NCBI GenBank assembly: GCA_026023565.1
Contig: JAPETS010000061.1
Span: 62,001-108,424 of the forward strand
Length of the DNA: 46,424 bases
Origin: Cirrosporium novae-zelandiae
Taxonomy: Eukaryota
Direction of reading: 5' to 3'
Shown here: piece by piece, positions 23,968 to 34,498 of the stretch
How the letters are laid out: each line of letters begins with the position of its first letter
How positions within the stretch are numbered: the first letter of the stretch is position 1
Position numbers and translations under genes: made by a program
Notes under the pieces: model-generated
The model's input: only the letters and a program-made list of their open reading frames with translations
Told to the model about the DNA's origin: nothing
Database searches by the model: none

Positions 23968-24855
23968 CTAAGAAGAAGACGCAGTAGCCCCCAGCACCAC
24001 AAACACAAAATTAACAATCTGATCACCCTCCACAGTCATATCCACGCCATCGAATTCCTTCCCCTTCTCCCGCATGTCCCTAACCCCCAACGCTATTATC
24101 ACATCATACCCCTTCCCATCCCAATCAAACTTTGGGAGGTCCTCTCCGAGTTTTCCTCTGAGTTCCTCGCTGATGGCTTCCACAGCTTCAAAATCCTGTA
24201 AATCCATCCGCTTGAGGGTTTCGATTTGGCTGGCTAGCTGAACTAGATTCTCGTCTGGAGGGGGTTGCTGTTGTTGTTGATGTTGTTGTTGTTGCTGGGA
24301 AATTAGGTTTGGGAAGTCCCAGAATAGGTGGACCGAGTCGGGGGGGACATTCAAGGGGGCTAGCATTTGGGAAAGGAATTTGTTTTTCAGCGCTTGGGTT
24401 TTGTTTTCAATGTCCACACCTGAAGACTCTTTTTGGGTGGCGCTGTCATTTTGGCTGCTCGAGACATCTTTGATAGTCTCTGTACCAGCAGGATCCTGAT
24501 CGTTTCCTTCACCTTTCTGTACCCCTTTACTTTTTTCGTCTATAACTTCTCCCTCTCCCGCTATCGCTTTAAATTTTTCAGCATCAGAAGCTGCTATTCC
24601 TTTCTCTTCCGACAGCTCCTCCCATGTATTTTTTTTGTTGGATTCACGCTGCCTCGCAGAGCTTATCGTGAATCTTCTCACCTGCTGTGAATTTGTGTAG
24701 TAGCAAGGATAGCGTTGTATTAATGAGCTATAGCACTTGACTACATCTGCACATAAGGCTGGAGAATGAGTAGTAGCCTGGTAGAATGTAGAACGAGGAA
24801 GCAATGCCAAGTTCGGCCTGCAGGAGGTGCGAATTACCTGCTGCAACTTCGCCAT
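23968..24855 (-). CDS. Hypothetical protein, about 295 aa, with mitochondrial-presequence-like N-terminus, acidic linker and poly-Q
   Basis: Intronless ORF; first ATG at 24855; Arg/Ser-rich, acid-poor N-terminus ending VRRFTISSARQ; no family recognised. Confidence 0.65.
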   Translation of the reverse strand: MAKLQQVIRTSCRPNLALLPRSTFYQATTHSPALCADVVKCYSSLIQRYPCYYTNSQQVRRFTISSARQRESNKKNTWEELSEEKGIAASDAEKFKAIAGEGEVIDEKSKGVQKGEGNDQDPAGTETIKDVSSSQNDSATQKESSGVDIENKTQALKNKFLSQMLAPLNVPPDSVHLFWDFPNLISQQQQQHQQQQQPPPDENLVQLASQIETLKRMDLQDFEAVEAISEELRGKLGEDLPKFDWDGKGYDVIIALGVRDMREKGKEFDGVDMTVEGDQIVNFVFVVLGATASSS

Positions 24856-25585
24856 TCTAGATACCTTCGACAATTTAAAATATAGTCAAGGATAACGAGA
24901 TGCGTGGTCGTGAGAATGATGAGCTTTTGGGTTCGTATTATATCCTCATTAATATACCAATGATTGGTTGCTGGTGATGTAAGAAGTTCGGCTAACAACG
25001 CCATTTAACTAATTATTGCTCCAAGCATCTCGCACAATAAGCAACCGAATATGCAACTAGCCACCCGACGTGGGACAGGACTCCTCGGCCCATCTTTCCA
25101 GCGAGTAAGCTTATTTTCGTTTATATCTGCATCTGTATTTAACTCTTTCATCGCCCGGTTGTATTAAGGACTCCAGTAGTTCCAGTTTGCTATTGGGGAG
25201 ATACCTGCAGGTTTTAGGTATGAAGTATATTAGCTATCTTAAAGAGGTCACTTAAGCAAGCAGCTGGAGGGAGGAGATTCTCAAGCCCAATGGTATTGTA
25301 TTAGTTTGTCGATTTCTCAAGAGGCCGAGGAATATAGTGAGGCTTATATACCATTATGATGGTGGTGCAGATAATAATTCCCGATCCAGACTTAAGATTA
25401 TGCCCTCAGCGGTGTTGGATTAGAGGATATAAATGCCAATAGCAATGGTAACTAGCTAAGTAACATTATCAACTTTCATTCTTTTGTCTACCCCAACCAC
25501 GATTGTCCATGAATCTATTCCATCTTATCATCTCCAGGAAGTTCTTGATTCATCTATATCGTCTATGCAATACACTGGAAACTCT

Positions 25586-25813
25586 TCAAATACGCCCTGA
25601 AATGTAGCCTGTTCTTCCATTTCGATTTTGCCTCCGAAACATCCCCAACATACCCATTACAGTTTTTGGATCCGCACCACGGCGTTAAAGTTCTTCAGCA
25701 CCATCAACAAAATCCAATACAAAGCAGATCAGCGTTAACTCAAGATACCATTTTCGAGGGCATATCTCGTCCAGGTCTCGTCCTTAGTTAAGAAGGGTGC
25801 ACAGCTCTAACAT
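25586..25813 (-). pseudogene. Possible decayed ankyrin-repeat coding relic
   Basis: One frame reads MLELCTLLN*GRDLDE...DFVDGAEEL*RRGADPKT: two LLxxGxD-like motifs 35 codons apart, each broken by TAA. Confidence 0.3.
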
Positions 25814-26389
25814 CGATCGCTTTATGACAGCTTATGCGACTAGCCCATACCCCCAAGTTTATATCAGATATAGAATGGTAAGTTATAACATAAAATCCAT
25901 CGTCGTATGGCAGGAAATTCGCAAACATTCAGTAATATCTAACATCAACATCATCATCATCATCATCAAGAAGATCTTAGTATGAAAACCCCAGAGTTCA
26001 AAGAAAATACAACTCCATTTCAATGATACCAAAATCAAGCCTTAGCAACATCAGGTCAAAGTCAGCTTTGCTAGCCATCAGAGATGAGCTGGAAACTATC
26101 TAGAAAAAAGAAAGCTCATCGACAATTTCACGAAGAGTAGTTGGTCCAGTTAGGGACACCGGTGTTGTCATCCTTCAGCGCTCCTTCTCAATAGCGCTAT
26201 ACCAACCAAATGATAGCATCTAGCCATTAATTATTAAGCGTGCAGATTCCAAATACCAGGGATTCATTGCCCTTATGGTAGTGTATGTACTGAACTGAGC
26301 ATCCCTTTACACCACCGGTGTCTCCCAAGAAAATCTTAATATATCTATCCCAGATAAGATCCTATATTTCCGATATTACTGCATCCACC

Positions 26390-27800
26390 AAAACACCCAC
26401 CATGCCATCTCTCTCTCTCTCTCTCTCCCTAGAAACCACCCCCCTCCATATTTTATTTTATTTTATTTTGGCTGAGTGAGACCTTTTCAACAGGCAGATC
26501 CCCATCCCATCCTAACCCTACTACCCTATATAACAACAAACAGCAAACACGAACACAAACACAAATACAAACACAACCACAAGCCACTTATTCCCCCCAA
26601 ACCATCCCATATCATCCCAACTACCCACTATCACCACCATACCATTCAAAACCCCCTCCCCTTCTCACACTATATACTACACCACACCACAGTGCACTAC
26701 ACTACGGGAACACACACCCCTTTCCATTATATATCTCCTAATTATTCCTTCCTTTTTTTTATTAGCCCGCCTCTCTCTCTCTCTCTTTCTCTCTCTCATG
26801 ATAGTTAGTAGTATTATAAATATAGCATGCATAAAAGCATGGGAAAGGTAACACATCCACCCCCTTTCCAATGCAATGCAATACTCTCTCTCTCTCCCCC
26901 CCTCCACTTTACCAAAAATCCATCATCACTATCACCACCACCACCATTTATTACTCATAAAAAGGATCTCTCCTACTATCCTTCCTACATGAAATTGATC
27001 TTATTGTTTTGTTTTGTTTTGTTTTGTCTTGGTCGAAATTGTCTTGTCTTGTCCACTCTCCAAGATTCATCCTCCATTCCATCCAAGATTCAAGATTCAA
27101 GATAGACAGGCAGATAGATGGGGGCAAGCGTGGGTATGGCTAGGTTAAGGTGAGGTATGTTAAGGTAAGGTAAGGTCCATTTCATATCTTCATCGTTTAC
27201 TAGTAGGCTAGTAGGAAGGACAATGGGGGGGAGGGGATTTCCTACCCCCCCCCCCCCCTTGATTTATTTATTTATAAACGTGGGATCGATGAATGGGATG
27301 AATGGGATATGGATGGTTCTAAGCTTTGGACTAGACTGTGGCTAGATATAGATATGGATATAGTTGCTTTTTAAGTATGTGAACGGTAGTTACTAGATCC
27401 CTGTAAGTACGCATAACACGCATACAGACCTACCCGTATCCTATAACCCGTATTAGTACTACAAGAATTCATATCCGATTCCAGATGCAACCAGCCAGCC
27501 ACCTACCCCCCACATCTAGAAAAATTTCCTCCAACTCTGGAATTTCTTTTTTTTATCCTAAGTTCTTGTTTTCATTATTATGTATACTTTTATATTAAGA
27601 TTGGGAATTGAAAAAATTGTTTTATGATGGTGGTGGTGGTGGTGGTGGCGATATATATATATATATATATATGTATACATTATATAAGATATGACAAGGG
27701 AAAGAAAGGGCAAGTATGGTTGGTACCTTCATATATATATATACCCCTTATCCTCTTTCGTATATTCACATTCACATTTTAAGAAGGGTTATACTGCTTT
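26390..27800. repeat. Low-complexity/microsatellite-rich zone ((CT)n, (TTTTG)n, poly-C, (GGT)n, (AT)n)
   Basis: Read directly from sequence. Confidence 0.82.
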
Positions 27801-27810
27801 TCCCATTCAT

Positions 27811-29627
27811 TCATTCATTCAGAACCCCCCTCCCCCTTTTTCCCCCATAGAGTGGATACCTCCTCACCAAGATATGCAATGCCAGATAAACACAAACCCC
27901 AAAAGCACACATGGCACTAATAACACTAAACCCCATAATATATTTTGGTTTATCCTCGGACGGAAACTACGAAAAACATTTAACTCGTTAGTTGTTCTCC
28001 TTTGCTTTACTTCTACTCTACTACACGAAAGGGCAAAAAAAAAAACTCACCAAATAGGCCCCATAAATCTGAGCCAGATTCCCCATAGCATTGACAAAAG
28101 CAAGAGATACACCACGAGTCTCGCGTCGCATGGGGGAGAAGGTGGAGGAGGCGTAGGAGAGGGATAGGGCATTTGTGGACCAGAGACCTGCGGCCATGAG
28201 GACTAGGAGGACGTAGCGGGCTGTGAAGTTGTAGACGGTGCAGACGGTTATTGCGCAGAGCATGGCGAAGAAGAGCCAGGCTGGGAAGGGAAGAGAAATA
28301 GGGGGTTAGAAAAAAAATTTCAAGAACGGGGGAGGGTAAGGGGTTCGGTTTTGGGGTTGGGAGTACGTACTAGAAATTATGAGGCCACGGTGATGTGGGA
28401 TCTTATCCATGAAGTAGCCGGTGATTGCGGTGCAGATGAAGGCGACGGCGTATATGGGTACGGTCATGTATTGGGCCATGTGGCTGGTGTATCCGAGTCC
28501 CTGGACCAGAGTCGGATAGAAGTAAGATAGGGTTGACGAACCGACAATCACCATGTACCCAAAGGTGAATAGCCAGGTTCTCCAGTTGATGACGGATTGT
28601 TTGAATGCCTGGACATGAGTGGGTTGTTGAATTTGATCTTCCTCCGCCGCTGCGGCCGGGTCCTGCTGCAGCACAAGGAGCCGATTCACAGCAATGAATC
28701 TTTCGCGCTCGGATAGCCGGGTGGAAGTTGCAGGGAAATCGAGAAGGATGAATCCAGCGCAGATGGCCCATCCGATAGTCGCGGCACCCTCAACAATAAA
28801 GAGCCATCTCCAACCACGAATGCCGTGGGCGCCCTCCAGATTACTCGTGATTGCTCCGGCAAGCAGGCCACCAAAGGCTCCGGACAGGATTGCTGCGGAG
28901 ATGTAGACGGCGAAGCGTTTGGATTGCTCGACACGCTTGTACCAGGAGGATATGATGAGGAGAATGCCGGGGGAGAATCCGGCTTCAATGCAGCCGATGA
29001 CGGCACGGAGGCCTACGAGAGCGCTGTAGGTCTTCACGGCGGCCATGCAGCAGGTGAGGGCGCCCCAGATTATCATGATGATGGGGAGGAAGAGGGAGGG
29101 CTTGGATTTTGATAGGATCATGCTGGAGGATGAATGTTAGATATGGAGTCATATATATATGTATGCGTGTGCATCATCTGGAATCAACTGACTAACTCAC
29201 TTGCTCGGAATCTCAAAAATGACATATCCAATAAAAAACACAATCAGAGCCAACGAATACTCTCCCGAATCGAGGTTCAGATCTTCTTGCATACCCGCTA
29301 TCTTGGCGTTTCCAATGCTGTAACAGGATTATTAGCCACAGGATATAAAAAAACTCGATAGGTAAAATAATGTCCAAGTGATGGGGGATTATCAATTTAT
29401 GAAGGATTGGAAAAGATGAAAGCAAATCCTTACTTTGTTCGGTCCACATAAGAAAGTAGATACATCAACCATATTGTCGGTAGGAGGAATAGGTCAATCT
29501 TCCTGATGAGATTCTTCTCCTCTTCCGGAGTCCATCGCTGTTCTTCTGCCGTGGGGAGCTCCTCTTCTACAGCCTCAAGCTCTTGGTGATTGTTATCCTT
29601 CTTCACGTCAAGGTCCTGGATAGCCAT
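27811..29627 (-). CDS. MFS transporter, anion:cation symporter (Dal5/Tna1-like) family, about 482 aa; exons 29627-29434, 29317-29201, 29122-28371, 28280-28051, 27966-27811
   Basis: LIRKIDLFLLP, SYVDRTNIGNAK, FEIPSNMIL, GCIEAGFSPG, SWYKRVE, SGAFGGLLA, GWRWLFIVEG, NAMGNLAQIYG; four GT-AG introns in consistent phase. Confidence 0.95.
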
Positions 29628-30068
29628 TTTGAAGTAAATAAATATATTGAATTGGGAAGTGATATGTCGAAGAAAGATAACATCAAGAATAAATAAGATC
29701 TAGGTAGTAGGTAGTAAGCTGATGTCTTCAATAAAGCAATGGGAGAGACCCATGATTTATGGCGGAGATGATTTGACTTATCCATAAGTGTTCACATTTG
29801 GTCAGGGACTCGATGAGGTCAAAACCTGTAAGGTTCATCGTCATGGTGGGCACAGGGGTTTAAGAAGGTGAAGAATGAATTAAAGTCTTTCTTTTGGTTG
29901 TATCTGGGGTAAAAGACATGGTACAGCATCAAGTACATGTACTCATAATGCAGTAAGCCCATAGTTTGGATATTAGTTTATAGACCGTTGTTATCTCCAA
30001 CCATTAGGATGGTCGTTTAGATTTCTTCTCCGCAACCCCACGGAAAACTTCCCTAAACTCTGTTAGAA

Positions 30069-30081
30069 CCTCGAGACGAGG
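30069..30081 (+). promoter_or_regulatory. Candidate transcription-factor site CCTCG-AGA-CGAGG (copy 1, MFS/SDR divergent promoter)
   Basis: Identical 13-mer at 33100-33112; 12/13 inverted copy at 30146-30158. Confidence 0.6.
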
Positions 30082-30145
30082 GAAACTATCATCGTATCGA
30101 GAAGAAAGTTCGAAGCTCAAATGGAATTCCACTGCGAACTTCTGG

Positions 30146-30158
30146 CCTCGTCTCGGGG
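30146..30158 (-). promoter_or_regulatory. Candidate transcription-factor site CCCCG-AGA-CGAGG (copy 2, inverted)
   Basis: CCTCGTCTCGGGG on the + strand; one mismatch to the other two copies. Confidence 0.55.
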
Positions 30159-30497
30159 CATTCCACTTTCGGACATCTATTTCTAGTCCCTCTACGAAAT
30201 TTAATCCACATACTTACCTTTTGCGAGTTCTCCCTGAAGAATACTGAAGCATACTATTGCAAAGAGAGTCAAGCATGTGGATCATCCTGTCCCTGGATTG
30301 TGGGGCACATCGTCTGTAGCAATGGAAATGGCGGATGTTTTCACCCTCGAATTTATATATAAAATATTTCCTAGAGTTTTCCCTAATCCCTCCCTATTCA
30401 TCCTCATCTTCTCTCCAGGACCATCGTCTGTTCTTTCTTGATACCCGTTCACATTTACCAAAACCCCCCAATCCTAGCAAAATAAAAGATTCACATA

Positions 30498-31463
30498 ATG
30501 GATTCAATCAATGGCTCCAACGGCAGCTCCTCGACTGCTCCAGCCACCAACCCCGTTCTCAATACCATGCCCGAACCAGGTTTCTCGTGGCAGATAACCC
30601 TCAAAGACAAAGTAATCGCAAGTAGGATCCATCCCATTGCACTCACTACATAATCCAGATGGCCAACTCTCCCAGTTACGGGTGCAAACCGTGGCATCGG
30701 TCTCGGAATCGCAGAAGTCTGTCTCGCCAACTCCGCCAAAACAGTCTACTCCCTCGACCTGATGGACCCCAGCGAAGATTTCATCGCGCTCCAAAAGAAA
30801 CATCCCAATCTTCAATATATCCAAACCGATGTCACCTCCGAACCCTCGGTCCAGAACGCCATCGATACAGTCGTGAAGAGGGAGGACGCAATCCACGGAT
30901 TTGTCGCAAACGCTGGCATGACCAAACACCAACCGGCACTAAACTTTGATAGAACCCAATTAGAGCAGCTATTCAACCTAAACGTCTTTGGAGCCTACTT
31001 TTGCGCCCAGATTGTCGCCAGGAAGTTCATTGACCTCCATATCAAGGGCTCCATAGTCTTTACTGCCTCAATGACATGTATATACCCCCCACCTCAATAA
31101 GTAACCAAACATCCTCCTAACAAAAAACCTACCTCAGCATACCGTCCTAACCGCGCTGCTCCCTCGGCCCCCTACGGTGGTACCAAAGCTGCCCTACGCA
31201 ACATGACACACACGCTCGCGATGGAATGGGCATCCCACGGCATCCGGGTCAACAGCATCTCCCCAGGCTTCGTCAAAACAGCCATGACCTATTTTGTGGA
31301 CACGGCCCCAGACTGGGATCTCAAAATGAGTTATTATGGAGGTATGCCGCGATTGGCGCTGCCCCAGGAACTCGGTGGCGCGTATGTGTATCTACTGAGC
31401 GATACCGCGAGTTATACCACCGGGATCGATATTCCGATTGCCGGGGTTGTGGGGGCGTGGTGA
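30498..31463 (+). CDS. Classical short-chain dehydrogenase/reductase (polyol/sugar-oxidoreductase-like), 283 aa; exons 30498-30621, 30676-31077, 31138-31463
   Basis: ITGANRGIG, VYSLD (acidic residue suggests NAD(H)), ANAG, LNVFG, ASM, PYGGTK (YxxxK), RVNSISPG; two GT-AG introns. Confidence 0.95.
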
Positions 31464-31972
31464 TTGATTAATTAAATAGATCAACATAGATGGAACCGAG
31501 CGAATGGATTCGGGATAAATGGCTAGATGTGGCGTTTTTTATCGATAATATTTCTTGTTAGTAGGCATTTGAGTGTGTACATGTGCATGGATAAATGGTC
31601 GCACAACATTCCAGCATGACCTTTCTCATTAATTCGACCCACAAGCAAATCGAGCAACTGTCCAATCAACCAGGACATAACCCATACCTCGCAGAACATT
31701 TCTTGGATATGGCGACGAGATTTGAAGATGCGAGCAGAGATCAGCCAGAGGCGTATATAAACTGTACTAGAACTAGGTTTTGGCACTTTCTAGGCTGCAT
31801 GACATGTGCAAGGTGTCCTGACTCGTTCTGGAAACCTAATTTTTTTTTCCTTTGTTTTCCTGGTATAGCTGAGCGAAATGATAATGAGTGAAAGTGTGGC
31901 TTTACAAAGAGGAGGTCCTGGTTTAGCATGGTAGCACATGGAGGCATTATTGTACTTGTCAAGATTCAAATC

Positions 31973-32940
31973 CTACAGATTGGCAGAAGGGATATCTGTA
32001 GCCTTCCCTGCTGATCCACAAACATCGAATTGCCATTCCATTAATTTGACCACCTTTTCCACTCCTTCTTCCATGATTTGGGTTAGTGGTAGATGGCTGG
32101 AGACTTTCAGGTATCCAAGATAGTCGCTGAGTACTAGTTTGTTGACATTGACCTTTGAGACACCACCTGCGATACACTTTTCCATCACATCATCCTCAAA
32201 GTCGTTTGTGCCGTGAAGGACTAGTCGCACGCGGCCATTGATTGCTTCACGAATTAGGCTAAGGCGGTTGAAATCTAGTTGTGGTCCTCGTGGTCCATAT
32301 TCGCCATGTACGTTGCCAAAGGCTGGAGCTAGAAAATCAACTCCAGTAGCAATGAATTCCTCTACTTCCTCTGGTGTTGTTAACATGCCCTCTAAATCTG
32401 CGGTGTCGGCGATGCCGTCCTCACCGCCTTCGATCCTTCCTGGCTCGGCTTCTGTTGCAATGCCTCTATCATGGCAATAAGCTACGAGCTCGGTTGTCTT
32501 GATCAAATTTGTCTCCTTTTCATAATGCGACATATCCACCATAATAGAATCGAACGGTAGGGTATCAGCGGCCATTCGGATTAGTTTCTCGTCCTGGGCA
32601 TGATCCATGTGGATGGAGATGGGAACGGAAGCTCGTTTCGCAGCATCGGCGGCGGTTCGTACGAGCAAGCCATTACTGAATGTTACTGCCCAGGGAAACA
32701 GTTGGATGATGAGGGGTGATTGTTTTCGTTCCGCAGCCTTGACCATGGCTAAGATATGCTCGACATTATATCTAGAAAACCAATCAGCCTCTGTCAAGGT
32801 TCTGCGGTCAATAGCAGAGCAAGGTGATACATGATTGCGGCAACAACACCATAACCTCCTCTCTCAGCAGCTTCGAGAATCCGAAAGGTCTTGTTTTGCA
32901 CCCTTTTGGTGCGCCAATTATTATCATTTGAAGTAGCTAT
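31973..32940 (-). CDS. Class II (metal-dependent) ketose-bisphosphate aldolase (FBA/TBA-like), about 302 aa; exons 32940-32831, 32771-31973; start codon uncertain (ATA at 32940)
   Basis: ILEAAERGGYGVVAAI|IYNVE, SPLIIQLFP, IHMDHA, SIMVDMS, EAEPGRI, AFGNVHG, LVLHGT, KVNV; intron 32830-32772 GT-AG. Confidence 0.9.
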
Positions 32941-33099
32941 GCTAGACCGTTAGATTTAGGATTTCTCAAAATGTTAGTTAAAATGTAGAATATGCTCGTA
33001 TTGAATAATTGTAGAGTAAAAAGTCAGCATTGTTTTAAGTAACATGAAGCATATCTAGTTCATTATTAGCACTCGAAGATCCCACCATCATCCTCAGGC

Positions 33100-33112
33100 C
33101 CTCGAGACGAGG
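33100..33112 (+). promoter_or_regulatory. Candidate transcription-factor site CCTCG-AGA-CGAGG (copy 3, aldolase promoter)
   Basis: Identical to 30069-30081; lies 160 bp upstream of the aldolase coding region. Confidence 0.6.
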
Positions 33113-34498
33113 CAAATGAAGATGAATCTCGCAGAGATTTCCCTACAACCTAGTCCCATCTTTATCAGTGAGAAATCAACAGCTGTCAATCCATTAATTA
33201 TCCGACAGCTGAACCAACGAAAATGAGAATCGGGATGAGATACCCAATTGAGAGAAATTCGTGATAGTAGTCTAGCCGTGTAGCATTCGAGTGATGGCCA
33301 TATTTTGCTGCCTTGCTGCCTTGTGCCGTGACGCCGTGATACCGTGATGTTGTGGTGCCTCAGGCTTTTGTTCAATTGTGGTTAGATCAACAAATCCTTT
33401 CTTCCCTTTCTTTCCTTTCTTTCCCTTACCTTCCCCTCCCCCTCCCTCACCTTTCTTCCTCTCCACACCTCCTCAAGCCTAATTCATCCTTGCTAACTTT
33501 TTCCTTACTGCCTTGCAAAATACATTGGTTTATATTGATCCACATTGGTTCACAGTGCATCAGGACGGATACATATGCATATCTCAGCTGCAAATTATGA
33601 TTTCCCTGCAATAATATCGTCTTCGGAGTTATTCGCTTTGTTCCCTGCCTACCAGCAGTAAATGTTCAACACACTCCGAAACAAGAAGTACCAAGGTTCA
33701 AGTATCTCAAAAGCGGGTATTCAATGTCCCCCCCCCACTGAATCTAAACCCCTCTAAACCCCTCCTATCACGGATGTCCGGTCCCAGCCCCACAAGTCGT
33801 CCAAGAAGTTTTATCAAAGGCTAAGACCAATAAGTGCTTACAGTTAATATATTATTATGTGAGGGCGCTTTATAACTCGAGAATGTTTGCATCATAGGAA
33901 ATTAGAAGGGCGGCAACTTGTGCCAACTCCTGGAGGGGCAAACTATTTCCTGGAACTAACTGAGGATGGCCTGGTATCCGTCCATCAAGACAAAACAAGA
34001 TAGAATTTAATATATGCTTATTTTAGGACTCTGATAGACCCATACCTTGTCCCTTGGCTTGGTCAAGCGGCATTGAAACAATCTTCGCAGGTACTCATCA
34101 AAGACATCTTAGTCCAACAGAGTATATTTCCCATGCCGTTGGACCAATGGACTATTCACAGCTTCTCCATAAAACGGATAACATCGGGACAATAACCTCC
34201 AAGCCGCTCCTCGGGTACTGACACCCAAACAGGTCTTCCAAGGCCATGGCATTGTCTTAATTTATACAAGCATGGGCGTAACACGGGCGTCATGTTAAAC
34301 CTGAAAGTAGCATGGAGGACTGATTCAAGGTTGGGTCTAGCATGGTCCCCTCACATAAAAGAGCATCTAGTTTGTCTCAATCCTGTTTATCAGACCCTCG
34401 GGATTTTTTTCATCTAAAGACCACTTCATTAGCATATACTTGTACCTCCCACTTGTTATATTCAATCATTCGTTACTCAATCGGTCGCTACTATTACA

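Noticed and set aside
32772..32797. ORF-track TTG start for the aldolase at 32797
   Set aside because: It lies inside the GT-AG intron 32830-32772; the conserved N-terminal exon is further upstream
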